Shown: positions 30,398-38,743, numbered from the stretch's first letter. The stretch: DNA of 64,000 nt from Polyangiales bacterium (GCA_049645265.1 JBARTN010000303.1:7907-71906); one strand, 5' to 3'. Numbers and translations are program-made. Notes: generated from the sequence alone by a model not told the origin.

Positions 30398-31848
30398 GGC
30401 GTCATCAGCCGCGCGGTCCCGTCCCGCAGCTTGCGAAAGAGCGAACGGCGGTCGAGCTCTTCGACCGTCAGTAGCCGCGCGTCGATCAAGCGATTCCGAA
30501 CGTGATCTTCGAGACCTTGCCCGAGCCCCTCGTCGTAGCACTCCAAATTGAACTCGAAATTCAGACGCAAGCTGCGCGGATCCCAGTTTGCCGAGCCGAC
30601 CGACGACCAGTACCCGTCGACGACGAACAACTTCGAATGATCGAAAGGCGGCGGTGTGAGCCAAAACCGCACCCCTTCGTACAGCACCTGTCGGTAGTGA
30701 CCCCACATCGCCCATCGTACGACTGGAAGGTTCCCGACCTCTGGCACGATGATGTCGACCTCGACCCCGCGTTGCGCCGCGAGGTGAAGCGCCTTCATCA
30801 GAACCGCGTCCGGCAAAAAGTAGGGCGTCATGATCCGAATCGAGCGCCGTGCCGCGCCGATCGCTGCGAGGAACATCCATTGAAGCTTGTCGATGTCCCG
30901 GTCGGGGCCGTCGTTGATGCCCCGCGCAAGAGTCTCTCCCGCTGGTGCAAGCTCGGGAAACCAGCGTCGCCCTGCCAGGCGCTCGCCGGTAGTGAAGGTC
31001 CAGTCCCGAGCAAACGCGTCTTGGAGCTGCGCCACCACCGGGCCAAGGACTCGAAAGTGTAAGTCTTTGGTCGGATAACGTGGATTGGACGCCAAGACCG
31101 AGTCTTGCCGAATGTTCATCCCGCCCGTGAACCCTACGCTGCCGTCGACGACGAGGATCTTGCAGTGGTTCCGCAGGTTGAAATGAGTGAAGGACCGAGG
31201 GAGCAAGGCGGGTAGGAAGTTCGCAACCGGAACGCCTCGCTTCTTCAACACGCGATGGATGCGCGGTCTGGCGTAGCGCACGCCGACGTCGTCTACCAAG
31301 ACGCGGACCTCGACACCGCGAGCGATTGCGTCAGCAAGCACGTCGACCAACTCCGCTCCCACGCCCTCCGCTTCGAAGATATAGCTCATGAACGAAATCG
31401 ATTTCTTCGCTTCACGAATCGCGGCGACCATGGCCGGATAGGCTTCATCCCCATCGACGAGGAGATCGAGGTGATTGCCCACCAACAAGGGCCGCTCCGT
31501 GACGCTCGCGACGACGCGTGCAAGCTCGATCATGCGCGCCCGGCTGCTTCCGAGCTCGCGATCCAAATCCGCCGGAGAGCGTGGGGCCTCGTCCAAGGGA
31601 ACGCTGTAATCGGTGGCGCCAGACTTGAGCACCTTCGCGCGCCGCTTGATCCGATTGATGCCGAGGAAGATGTAGAGAATCGAGCCCAAGAACGGAACGA
31701 GCCAAATCAGCGCAACCCAGGCTGTCGCCGCACGGGTGTCACTCTTGTTCAGTATGACGTGCGATGAGGCGGCCAGCGCCAAGAGGAAGTCGAGCACCAC
31801 GCCCAACTCCGGCGCGAATTCCTGCACTTGCTGCCAGTCGAGCGTCAT
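30388..31848 (-). CDS. cls: Cardiolipin synthase (PLD superfamily)
   Basis: Two N-terminal TM helices and two HKD motifs (HCKILVVDG...; HSKLFVVDGYWSSVGSANWD). Confidence 0.92.
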   Translation of the reverse strand: MTLDWQQVQEFAPELGVVLDFLLALAASSHVILNKSDTRAATAWVALIWLVPFLGSILYIFLGINRIKRRAKVLKSGATDYSVPLDEAPRSPADLDRELGSSRARMIELARVVASVTERPLLVGNHLDLLVDGDEAYPAMVAAIREAKKSISFMSYIFEAEGVGAELVDVLADAIARGVEVRVLVDDVGVRYARPRIHRVLKKRGVPVANFLPALLPRSFTHFNLRNHCKILVVDGSVGFTGGMNIRQDSVLASNPRYPTKDLHFRVLGPVVAQLQDAFARDWTFTTGERLAGRRWFPELAPAGETLARGINDGPDRDIDKLQWMFLAAIGAARRSIRIMTPYFLPDAVLMKALHLAAQRGVEVDIIVPEVGNLPVVRWAMWGHYRQVLYEGVRFWLTPPPFDHSKLFVVDGYWSSVGSANWDPRSLRLNFEFNLECYDEGLGQGLEDHVRNRLIDARLLTVEELDRRSLFRKLRDGTARLMTPYL

Positions 31849-31927
31849 CGAAGCCCCTCGACGAGATTACGGCCTATCAATCTGGCGGTCGACTTCGCAG
31901 CGGGGTACATTGAATGTCGGGGGAAGG

Positions 31928-32554
31928 ATGGCGAGTCAGTCCATGACTGATAAATTTGGCGTTCGTCTTTCCGGGGGCACGACGGTCTTTCGTCAGGGCG
32001 ACCCTGGGGGGTCGATGTACGTGATTCGAGCCGGAAAGGTTCGCGTCCTCAAAGAGGCGCATGGCAGACAGCGGGTCGTGATGACACTCGGCCCCGGGGA
32101 CTTCTTCGGAGAAATGGCCGTGGTCATGGGTCGCCCTCGGACGGCAACTGTGGAGGTGCTCGAAGAGGCGGAGCTCTTGAAAGTTCCTGCGGCCAAACTC
32201 GAAGAAATGGTCGCCCAAAGCGGAGAGGTTGCGATTCGCTTGATTCGGCATCTCGCGGAACGCATCGAGAACGCGAACCGGTTCATCGATCTTCTTCTCG
32301 AAGACGATATGACCGCGCGTGTGATCCTCGAGCTTCAGCGAATCCTCGAGCAGGCCAATGGCTCTGCCGCGCCCGACGTCACCGACGCAGATCTGGCGCT
32401 GGCGCTTGGCGTCGAAACAAGCGAAGCGCGCACAGCTCTACGGCGGCTCACCCGCGTCGGCGTAGTGGAGGTCTCGGGAGGCTTCGTCCTGATCAAGGAC
32501 GTACAGCGGCTCAACGAGTTCCTCGATTTCATCCGAAATTCTGGGGCTTCTTGA
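31928..32554 (+). CDS. Crp/Fnr-family regulator with cyclic-nucleotide-binding domain
   Basis: From MASQSMTDKF (31928) the cNMP-binding signature is FRQGDPGGSMYVIRAGKVRV...GPGDFFGEMAV...RTATVEVL. The C-terminus has a wHTH-like segment. The upstream ORF extension (31736-31927) overlaps cls. Confidence 0.8.
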   Translation: MASQSMTDKFGVRLSGGTTVFRQGDPGGSMYVIRAGKVRVLKEAHGRQRVVMTLGPGDFFGEMAVVMGRPRTATVEVLEEAELLKVPAAKLEEMVAQSGEVAIRLIRHLAERIENANRFIDLLLEDDMTARVILELQRILEQANGSAAPDVTDADLALALGVETSEARTALRRLTRVGVVEVSGGFVLIKDVQRLNEFLDFIRNSGAS

Positions 32555-33321
32555 TGCAGCTCCGCGTGCTCGGTTGTCATGGCGGCGAAACACCCAAGCA
32601 TCGTACTTCGAGCTTCTTGGTGGGCGACACCGTCGCGATCGATGCGGGCGCCATCACGAGCTCTCTTTCGCTCGACGAGCAGGAGCGCATTCATTCGGTC
32701 CTGGTGAGTCATCCCCACATGGACCACGTCCGCGACCTCGCGACGCTCGCGGACAACCGATGCCAGCAGGGCGGTTCGACGCTCGAGATCGTTGGGATCC
32801 CCGAGACCATCGAAGCGCTCCGGAAGCATTTCTTCAACGACATCATCTGGCCGGACTTCACGCAGATCGACGCCAAGGACGGGCCGACGGTGCGCTACGT
32901 CGAGGTACAAGCAAACCAAGCTTCCGACGTCGAGGGTTACGAAGTGACACCTGTCCTGGTGAACCACACCGTCGACACCTCCGCGTTCATCATTCGTCAG
33001 AATGGCAAGAGCATCGTCTATGGTGGAGACACCGGACCGACCGAAGATCTCTGGACACAAATCAACGCACTCGATGATCTTCAAGCGCTGATGATGGAAG
33101 TATCGTTTCCGAACGACGAAACCGGCCTCGCATGGGCGTCTCGTCATCTCACCCCCGAGATGCTTTCGTCGGAGCTCGATAAGCTCACGCAAAGCGATGC
33201 GCTTCCGATCCTGCTCTATCACATCAAGCCCACGTTCGAGGCCAGGGTGCTTCGAGAGCTTGCGCAGCTTCGCGGCCGCAACCTTCAGATCTTGCAGCTA
33301 GAAGACGAATTCCTGCTCTGA
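32551..33321 (+). CDS. MBL-fold hydrolase resembling class II 3',5'-cyclic-nucleotide phosphodiesterase
   Basis: HPHMDHVRDL fits the class-II PDE signature HxHxDH[LIVM]. The ATGA overlap with the preceding cNMP-binding regulator indicates translational coupling. Confidence 0.7.
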   Translation: MMQLRVLGCHGGETPKHRTSSFLVGDTVAIDAGAITSSLSLDEQERIHSVLVSHPHMDHVRDLATLADNRCQQGGSTLEIVGIPETIEALRKHFFNDIIWPDFTQIDAKDGPTVRYVEVQANQASDVEGYEVTPVLVNHTVDTSAFIIRQNGKSIVYGGDTGPTEDLWTQINALDDLQALMMEVSFPNDETGLAWASRHLTPEMLSSELDKLTQSDALPILLYHIKPTFEARVLRELAQLRGRNLQILQLEDEFLL

Positions 33322-33454
33322 GTCCGTTCTGGACTTGGCGCGATCGGGCGTAGCGGGTATCTTGAAGGCGTGAGTGGCGTTGCCCGAAAAAGGGTTCTCC
33401 TTTTTGCGATGCGACTCATCGCTGGCGGCGGTTGGCTAGATTGTCCCGCACTGG

Positions 33455-33700
33455 TGCGAACTCCGAAAGGAAACTCGCTGCCGTGAATTGGCCCTCGATA
33501 TCCGTGGGTCTAACCACCAAGGAACGCTCCGCGTGGTCTGGGCATGCTGCTCAGAGACCCAAGAGCGCCGGCATCGCCGGGGGAGGAATGCGCATATGGA
33601 AAGCAATTCTAGAATCGGACTCGCACCGGAGGTGCGGGCGAGTTAGCCCTTAGGCGAGCTCCCCCCCTTGGTGGGAGTCCGGATCAACGAGGGCCGGCGC
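33455..33700 (+). ncRNA. ssrS: Candidate 6S RNA (long irregular hairpin); ends uncertain
   Basis: The closing stem pairs ggccctcg (33490-33497) with cgagggcc (33689-33696). Further pairs are ccaccaagg (33514-33522) with ccttggtgg (33667-33675), and atccg with cggat, with large internal loops. The segment cgatatcc...accaccaagg-aacgctccgcgtgg...gggcatgctg resembles E. coli 6S as I recall it (CGAUAUUU...ACCACAAGAAUGUGGCGCUCCGCGGUUGGUGAGCAUGCUC). A small hairpin, ggcgcc-tttgat-ggcgc, follows. There is no credible CDS here. Confidence 0.45.
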
Positions 33701-33771
33701 CTTTGATGGCGCTGGCCCCATCTTAATTGTGCACCGTGATCGTCTTCCCAGGTGCGCGGCCTACCCGGGCC

Positions 33772-34218
33772 TCAGAGGGTACCCGCCTCGTCGTACTCGA
33801 GGACCCTCTTGGTGAAGAAGCGCACCAGCACATAGAACAGAAGCCCGACGGGTCCGACCATCAGCGTCGTGACTAGGCAGGGGATGACCAGGAGATGAGG
33901 GACCCCGCGCCGCTGCGCGTCGCGAGCCTCCCAGGCGCCAACGAATAAATTGAAGATCAGATAGTGAATCCAACCCGCGACCACGATGTGCGGCACCGAG
34001 AAACCCACCATCACCCCATAGAGCGACCCAAACTCCATGCCTTCGGGCGGCGTTCCGTAACCGAAGAGCATGTAGGCGTAGATTGGCGTCAGAAGCAAAA
34101 GCACGACTGGGCCGTGCACCCATCGCTGCGTCCAGGACCAGCGTGGCGCGAAAATCAGAAGCAACCAGAATGGGACGACCGAGTAGTTTGCGACTTTGAA
34201 CAAGGTTTCGAGCGGCAT
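33772..34218 (-). CDS. DUF4281 (ABA4-like) membrane protein
   Basis: From MPLETLFKVANYSVVPFWLLLIFAPRWSWTQRWV (start 34218) there are four TM helices. The pattern resembles the ABA4/DUF4281 family. Confidence 0.65.
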   Translation of the reverse strand: MPLETLFKVANYSVVPFWLLLIFAPRWSWTQRWVHGPVVLLLLTPIYAYMLFGYGTPPEGMEFGSLYGVMVGFSVPHIVVAGWIHYLIFNLFVGAWEARDAQRRGVPHLLVIPCLVTTLMVGPVGLLFYVLVRFFTKRVLEYDEAGTL

Positions 34219-34325
34219 TGCGGCGTCCTCCGGGGAGGGGCAAGACTTGCGCCAATCGCATCTCTCCGTCAATTGACTAGGAGTCAGTTGACCTTTTGTA
34301 TTCCAGCGCCACACCCACCAGGACG

Positions 34326-36104
34326 ATGAGACGAATGCCGAAACCCAGCTTCGCCTTGCTTGCCTTGACCACCATCTGTTCGTTCGCCCTCGCCGCGTGC
34401 GGCTCCGAATCGAACAGCGGCACCACTCTCAAGGACTGCAACTACGCAAACACCTACGACGCAATCCAAGCGACCATCTTCGAGGCCAAGGGCTGCACGG
34501 CGAGCACCTGTCACGGCGACGCGATGCTCGGTGGGCTCGACCTCCGTGCGGGAGCGTCCTTTGATGCCTTGGTCCGCCAGCCGAGCACGGTCGACGCATC
34601 GATCGAACGGGTCTTCCCCGGCGATCAGGGGCTCAGCCTGCTCTACCTCAAGCTCGAGGCTGGCACCGGAGGCACCGACCTCGGCGATCTCGGCCAGGCG
34701 ATGCCCGTCGATGAGGAGCCGCTCAGCGCCGACCAGCTCGCAGCGATGCGACTTTGGATGAGGGCGGGCGCCCCTTCGGATTCCATCGTCGGAGGAACGC
34801 TCGAGCTCCTCGGCTGCGCTGGCAGCTTCGAGCCGGACCCCAACAAGATCAATCCGCTCCCTGCTCTCCCGCCGGATGAAGGCGTGCAGTTCTACGCAGG
34901 GGGTTGGGGCCTCGAAGGCGAGTCCGAAGACGAGGTTTGCTTTGCGTCCTATTACGACTTCACCGACGACGTGCCGGCCGAATATCAAGTCGACTGCGAC
35001 CAGTTCGGCGAGGGCCGGAAGTGCTTTGCATTCGGCCGCAACGAGCTCGCCCAGGACGGACAGTCCCACCACAGCATCATCAGCGTGTACACGCCCGAGT
35101 CCGATCCAAACGGTGGCGACTGGGGCCCCTGGACCTGCCTCGACGGAGACAAGGCCGGTGAAACCTGCGACCCGACGGTAGCCGGTGCCTGCGGCGCGCG
35201 AAGCCAGTGCACGACTCCGGCGGTCACCTCGGTCGCCTGCGTACAATACCGGCACGCTCCGCAGGACTTCGGTTTGGGGGGCGGCCTCGGCGGTCCGGGC
35301 GGAGACAAGTTGATTCCGCTTGGAGGCGCCCAGGAGTCGACCTCGATCGACGTGCCTCCGCCCGGGGTCTACTCGATCTTGCCGCTCAAGGGCTTCGTCT
35401 CCTGGAACAGTCACGGGTTCAATCTCACGAAGAAGGCCTCTTCGATCGAGCAGTGGGTGAACCTGACCTTCGTACCGGAGTCCGATCGGGTGTTCATTCG
35501 TGAGCAGATCTTCGAAGCCGACAACATCTTTTCGATGAGCACTGTCAAGCCGTTTGAGAAGCGAGAGGTCTGCATGACCTGGACGCTGCCTCAGTACGCG
35601 AAGCTCCTGTCGTTGAGCTCGCACATGCATGCTCGTGGCGAGCTGTTCCGGATTTGGTTGCCACCCAACGAACCGTGTAACGACGGGACGATCGGTTGCC
35701 TCCCTCCAGAAGCCCCGCCGGACTACGAGAGCAGGCTCTACGATGACCCCCTCTACACGTACTACGACCCGCCGATCGACTACTCCTCTTCAGCCGAGGT
35801 AGACCGCACGCTCAGGGCATGCGCGGTCTACGACAACGGCGCCGACAATCCACTCGAGGTCAAGCGGGAGTCGACCAAGCCGAATACACCGACCTGCTCT
35901 TTCTTTCTCGCGAACTGCGGTTGTACGGCCCGAGAGCGCGTCTGCCTCGGAGGCGACAACCAGGGGGCTGCCTGCAACGGTGACGACTCGGTTTGCGGTG
36001 AGGGCGGCGTCTGCGACGCCTGCCCGCTTCACGGCGGTGTGACCACCGACGACGAGATGTTCATCCCACTCGGCTCCTATTTTGTAGCGGAGCCATCACC
36101 CTAA
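34326..36104 (+). CDS. Lipoprotein: PSCyt1-like CX4CH module fused to a PHM/DBH-type copper monooxygenase-like core (paralog 1)
   Basis: Lipobox FALAA/C. The N-terminal block IFEAKGCTASTCHGDAMLGGLDLR...FPGD..LSLLYLKL...MPVDEEPLSADQLAAMRLWMRAGAP is PSCyt1-like. The core carries HH (QSHHSII), H (WNSHGFN), HxH (SSHMHARG) and M (GGVTTDDEMFIPLGSYF) in the PHM order. Confidence 0.8.
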   Translation: MRRMPKPSFALLALTTICSFALAACGSESNSGTTLKDCNYANTYDAIQATIFEAKGCTASTCHGDAMLGGLDLRAGASFDALVRQPSTVDASIERVFPGDQGLSLLYLKLEAGTGGTDLGDLGQAMPVDEEPLSADQLAAMRLWMRAGAPSDSIVGGTLELLGCAGSFEPDPNKINPLPALPPDEGVQFYAGGWGLEGESEDEVCFASYYDFTDDVPAEYQVDCDQFGEGRKCFAFGRNELAQDGQSHHSIISVYTPESDPNGGDWGPWTCLDGDKAGETCDPTVAGACGARSQCTTPAVTSVACVQYRHAPQDFGLGGGLGGPGGDKLIPLGGAQESTSIDVPPPGVYSILPLKGFVSWNSHGFNLTKKASSIEQWVNLTFVPESDRVFIREQIFEADNIFSMSTVKPFEKREVCMTWTLPQYAKLLSLSSHMHARGELFRIWLPPNEPCNDGTIGCLPPEAPPDYESRLYDDPLYTYYDPPIDYSSSAEVDRTLRACAVYDNGADNPLEVKRESTKPNTPTCSFFLANCGCTARERVCLGGDNQGAACNGDDSVCGEGGVCDACPLHGGVTTDDEMFIPLGSYFVAEPSP

Positions 36105-36230
36105 AGGCCCAATAATTCCGCTCAGGAATCCTATTTATAGTGAGCACGACTCAGATTTTTGCTTGCACCGATAGGCTCATCAGGAACAATCGGGCCCTAA
36201 CTTAGCCTGAAACCCCGTCTGGAGTGACTA

Positions 36231-38156
36231 ATGAAACCCGTTCAATACGCGTTCGCAGTGATCGTGGTTGCAACCCTATCCGCATGTGGAACCGATAGCT
36301 CGAGCGCGACGTTGGCGAAGTGCAATACCGACAGCACGTTCGCGCAGGTGCAGCAGCAGATCTTCGACGCGCAGGGCTGCACCGCCTCGGCATGCCACGG
36401 TGAAGCCGCCAACGCAGGTCTCGACCTTCGACCCGAGAACGCGTACGCGAACCTGATCAACGTCGAAGCAACCTCGGGAGACTACATGCGTGTGTTTCCT
36501 GGCGAGCAGGATCTCAGCATCCTCTATCAGAAGGTTGCTGCGAAGACCGAGGGCTTCCAACTGAGCGCACTACCGAACCCGATCTCCGGTGGCGCGATGC
36601 CGACCAGTAACGGCGTGTTGAGCGAGGACGACTTGGCTCTTTTGCGCGCTTGGATTCGCGGTGGAGCCCCCGAGACCGGCATCGTGGCGGGCTCGGAGCA
36701 ATATGCGTCTTGCGAGCTACAAGGCGACCTCGCGCCAAACAAGATCCAACCGCTTCCGGCCCCGGCAAATGATGAAGGCGTGCAGTTCTACTCCGGCGGC
36801 TGGACCGTTCCGGCCGAGGGTGAAGGAGAGGTTTGCTTCGTTAGTTACTACGACTATTCCGATCAGATTCCCGCGGAGCTCACCGTCCCCTGCGGCGAGG
36901 CTCAGGGCGGCCCAGGCCAGGATTGCTTCGTCTACGACCAAATGCTCCTCGCCCAGGACCCGCAATCTCACCACAGCATCATCGAGTTCTACGTCCCGCC
37001 GCGCGTCTGTGTCGGCGGGGACAACGACGGCGACTCCTGCGATCAAGACGACTCGGTTTGTGGCGACGGCGCGGTCTGCGCGCTCGATCCGGACCACCTC
37101 GACCCGATGAATGAGGTTTGGAAGAATTGGCAGTGCCTGGGTGGAGACCGCTCAGGCACGTCGTGCACGCCCGGAACCGACGAGTGTGGGCCCCGCGGCC
37201 AATGTGCGACGGAGCCGCTGACCACGATCGCATGCATCAACTATCGAAATGCGCCGCAAGACTTGGGTACGATTGCAGGCTTCTTTGGCCGGGCGTCGGT
37301 TCGGCAGAACCTGGCGACGGCTCAGGAGTCGAGCTTCCGGGAGACCTTTCCGCCCAACGTTTTTGCAATGGTTCCGGTCAAGGGCTTCGTCGTCTGGGAC
37401 AGCCACGCGTTCAACCTCACCAAGGCCGACACGACGGTCGAGCAGTGGATGAACCTGACCTTCGCGCCGCCGGATCAACTGCTGTATCCCCGCACTCAGA
37501 TCTTCGACGCCGACGACATCTTTGGAATGGGACGTATCGAGGCGTATTCATCCAAAGAGGCGTGCGCGAGCTTTGAGATCCCACGGTACGGCCGTCTCAT
37601 GACGCTGAGCACCCACACCCATCGGTTCGGCAAGGATTTCCGCGTGTGGTATCCGCCGAACGAAATTTGCGACGCTAGCGGCAATCCGACGGCGCCCAAC
37701 GATGACCCCTGCACGCGCCCCGATCGGCAGGCGGATTACGTGAGCTTCGACTACGCCGACCCGCTCTACCAACGGTTCAACGGTGACGACATCCTTCGCT
37801 TTGACAGCCCGAACAAAGAGGATCGCACCTTCGTCTACTGCTCGGTCTGGGACAACGGCGAAAGCAACCCCTCGGAGGTGCGCAGGGAGTCGCTCAAGCC
37901 GGATGCTGAGACCTGCGAGTTCGTCGACCAGTTCGCGCCGCTCGCCAACCAGGCCGGCCTCGGTCTGTTTACTTGCGGCTGCGTGCCCGAAGATCGCTCG
38001 TGCTTTGGCGGACCCAACGAGGGAATGCCCTGCAACGGCGACGACGCGATTTGCGGCGAAGGTGGTGTCTGTGACGCCTGTCCCGTCGGCGGCGGAGTTA
38101 CAACCGAGGAAGAGATGTTCATCCTTCTCGGCTCGTACTACGTCGAGAAGCCCTAA
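36231..38156 (+). CDS. Lipoprotein: PSCyt1-like CX4CH module fused to a PHM/DBH-type copper monooxygenase-like core (paralog 2)
   Basis: A ggag lies upstream of the ATG, and the lipobox is TLSA/C. The blocks are the same as paralog 1 (GCTASACHG; QSHHSII; WDSHAFN; STHTHRFG; GGVTTEEEMFILLGSYY). It carries an extra Cys-rich insert at residues 260-284. Confidence 0.85.
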   Translation: MKPVQYAFAVIVVATLSACGTDSSSATLAKCNTDSTFAQVQQQIFDAQGCTASACHGEAANAGLDLRPENAYANLINVEATSGDYMRVFPGEQDLSILYQKVAAKTEGFQLSALPNPISGGAMPTSNGVLSEDDLALLRAWIRGGAPETGIVAGSEQYASCELQGDLAPNKIQPLPAPANDEGVQFYSGGWTVPAEGEGEVCFVSYYDYSDQIPAELTVPCGEAQGGPGQDCFVYDQMLLAQDPQSHHSIIEFYVPPRVCVGGDNDGDSCDQDDSVCGDGAVCALDPDHLDPMNEVWKNWQCLGGDRSGTSCTPGTDECGPRGQCATEPLTTIACINYRNAPQDLGTIAGFFGRASVRQNLATAQESSFRETFPPNVFAMVPVKGFVVWDSHAFNLTKADTTVEQWMNLTFAPPDQLLYPRTQIFDADDIFGMGRIEAYSSKEACASFEIPRYGRLMTLSTHTHRFGKDFRVWYPPNEICDASGNPTAPNDDPCTRPDRQADYVSFDYADPLYQRFNGDDILRFDSPNKEDRTFVYCSVWDNGESNPSEVRRESLKPDAETCEFVDQFAPLANQAGLGLFTCGCVPEDRSCFGGPNEGMPCNGDDAICGEGGVCDACPVGGGVTTEEEMFILLGSYYVEKP

Positions 38157-38215
38157 CTGTAATAGTACTGTAAACAAACTGGCCCATCCCTCGGCCGTGC
38201 GCTACATCGCCGTCG

Positions 38216-38743
38216 ATGGTTCGGTACGACGCCTACAACTCCAAATGTCTTCTTTTCTCCTTCAAAGACGGGCTGCTTTCCCGACTTGCGCACGATTTGA
38301 AGCTGCAGGTCGAGCGCTTTTCCATCGAGGTCGACGAAACGACCCATCAAATCAAAGCGACCTTCGATCCGAGCAGCATTCAAGTCGTCTGCGCGATGGT
38401 CGATGGGCGCGACGACCCGTCGACGCTGAGCAAGGGCGACAAGAAGAAGATCTACGACAACGTGACCAAGGATGTGCTGCGCACGCGCAAACACCCAGAG
38501 ATTCGATTCGATTCGACCAAGGTGGTGGAACGGGGCGAAGGGTTTTCCGTCGAAGGCACGCTGGAGATGTACGGCAAGTCGCGGAGCATTCAGACGAGCG
38601 TGCGCGCCCAGGGCGATCGCTGGCTCACCGAGGTCAACATTCATCAGCCGGACTTTGGCATCAAGCCCTACACGGCGGCCTTTGGAGCTCTGAAGGTCAA
38701 ACCCGACGTCCAGGTTCGGCTCAGCGTTCCGCGGGAAAGCTAG
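38216..38743 (+). CDS. YceI-like domain protein (no signal peptide seen)
   Basis: 175-aa ORF. The blocks ...FSFKDGLLSRLAHDLKLQVERFSIEVD..., DVLRTRKHPEIRFDSTKVV...GFSVEGTLEMYGKSRSI... and ...FGALKVKPDVQVRLSV follow the YceI lipid/polyisoprenoid-binding barrel pattern. Confidence 0.6.
   Translation: MVRYDAYNSKCLLFSFKDGLLSRLAHDLKLQVERFSIEVDETTHQIKATFDPSSIQVVCAMVDGRDDPSTLSKGDKKKIYDNVTKDVLRTRKHPEIRFDSTKVVERGEGFSVEGTLEMYGKSRSIQTSVRAQGDRWLTEVNIHQPDFGIKPYTAAFGALKVKPDVQVRLSVPRES

Noticed and set aside
33432-33653. 73-aa ORF in the gap after the phosphodiesterase-like gene
   Set aside because: It has no RBS and an odd composition. The DNA is better explained by a long RNA hairpin (the 6S-like candidate).
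33350-33720. Alternative RNA identities: tmRNA, RNase P RNA, SRP RNA, cobalamin riboswitch
   Set aside because: There is no tRNA-like acceptor/T-arm or tag reading frame (tmRNA). There is no GGAAAGUCCGGGC P4 motif at the right position, and too little room before the next CDS (RNase P). There is no GGAAGCAGCC-type SRP motif. Only vague resemblance to the B12-box was seen, and no downstream gene exists on the same strand for a riboswitch to control. None of this was verified computationally.
34284-35630. 448-aa minus-strand ORF
   Set aside because: It is antisense to monooxygenase-like paralog 1. The plus-strand product has a signal peptide, a paralog next door and conserved ligand motifs. 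The minus-strand product is Arg/Gly/Asp-rich with no features.
36105-36230. Possible sigma-54 promoter look-alike (gagcacg...tttgctt) between the two monooxygenase paralogs
   Set aside because: The first element lacks the GG dinucleotide. The spacing between the elements is about 10 nt instead of 4, so it does not fit the -24/-12 geometry.
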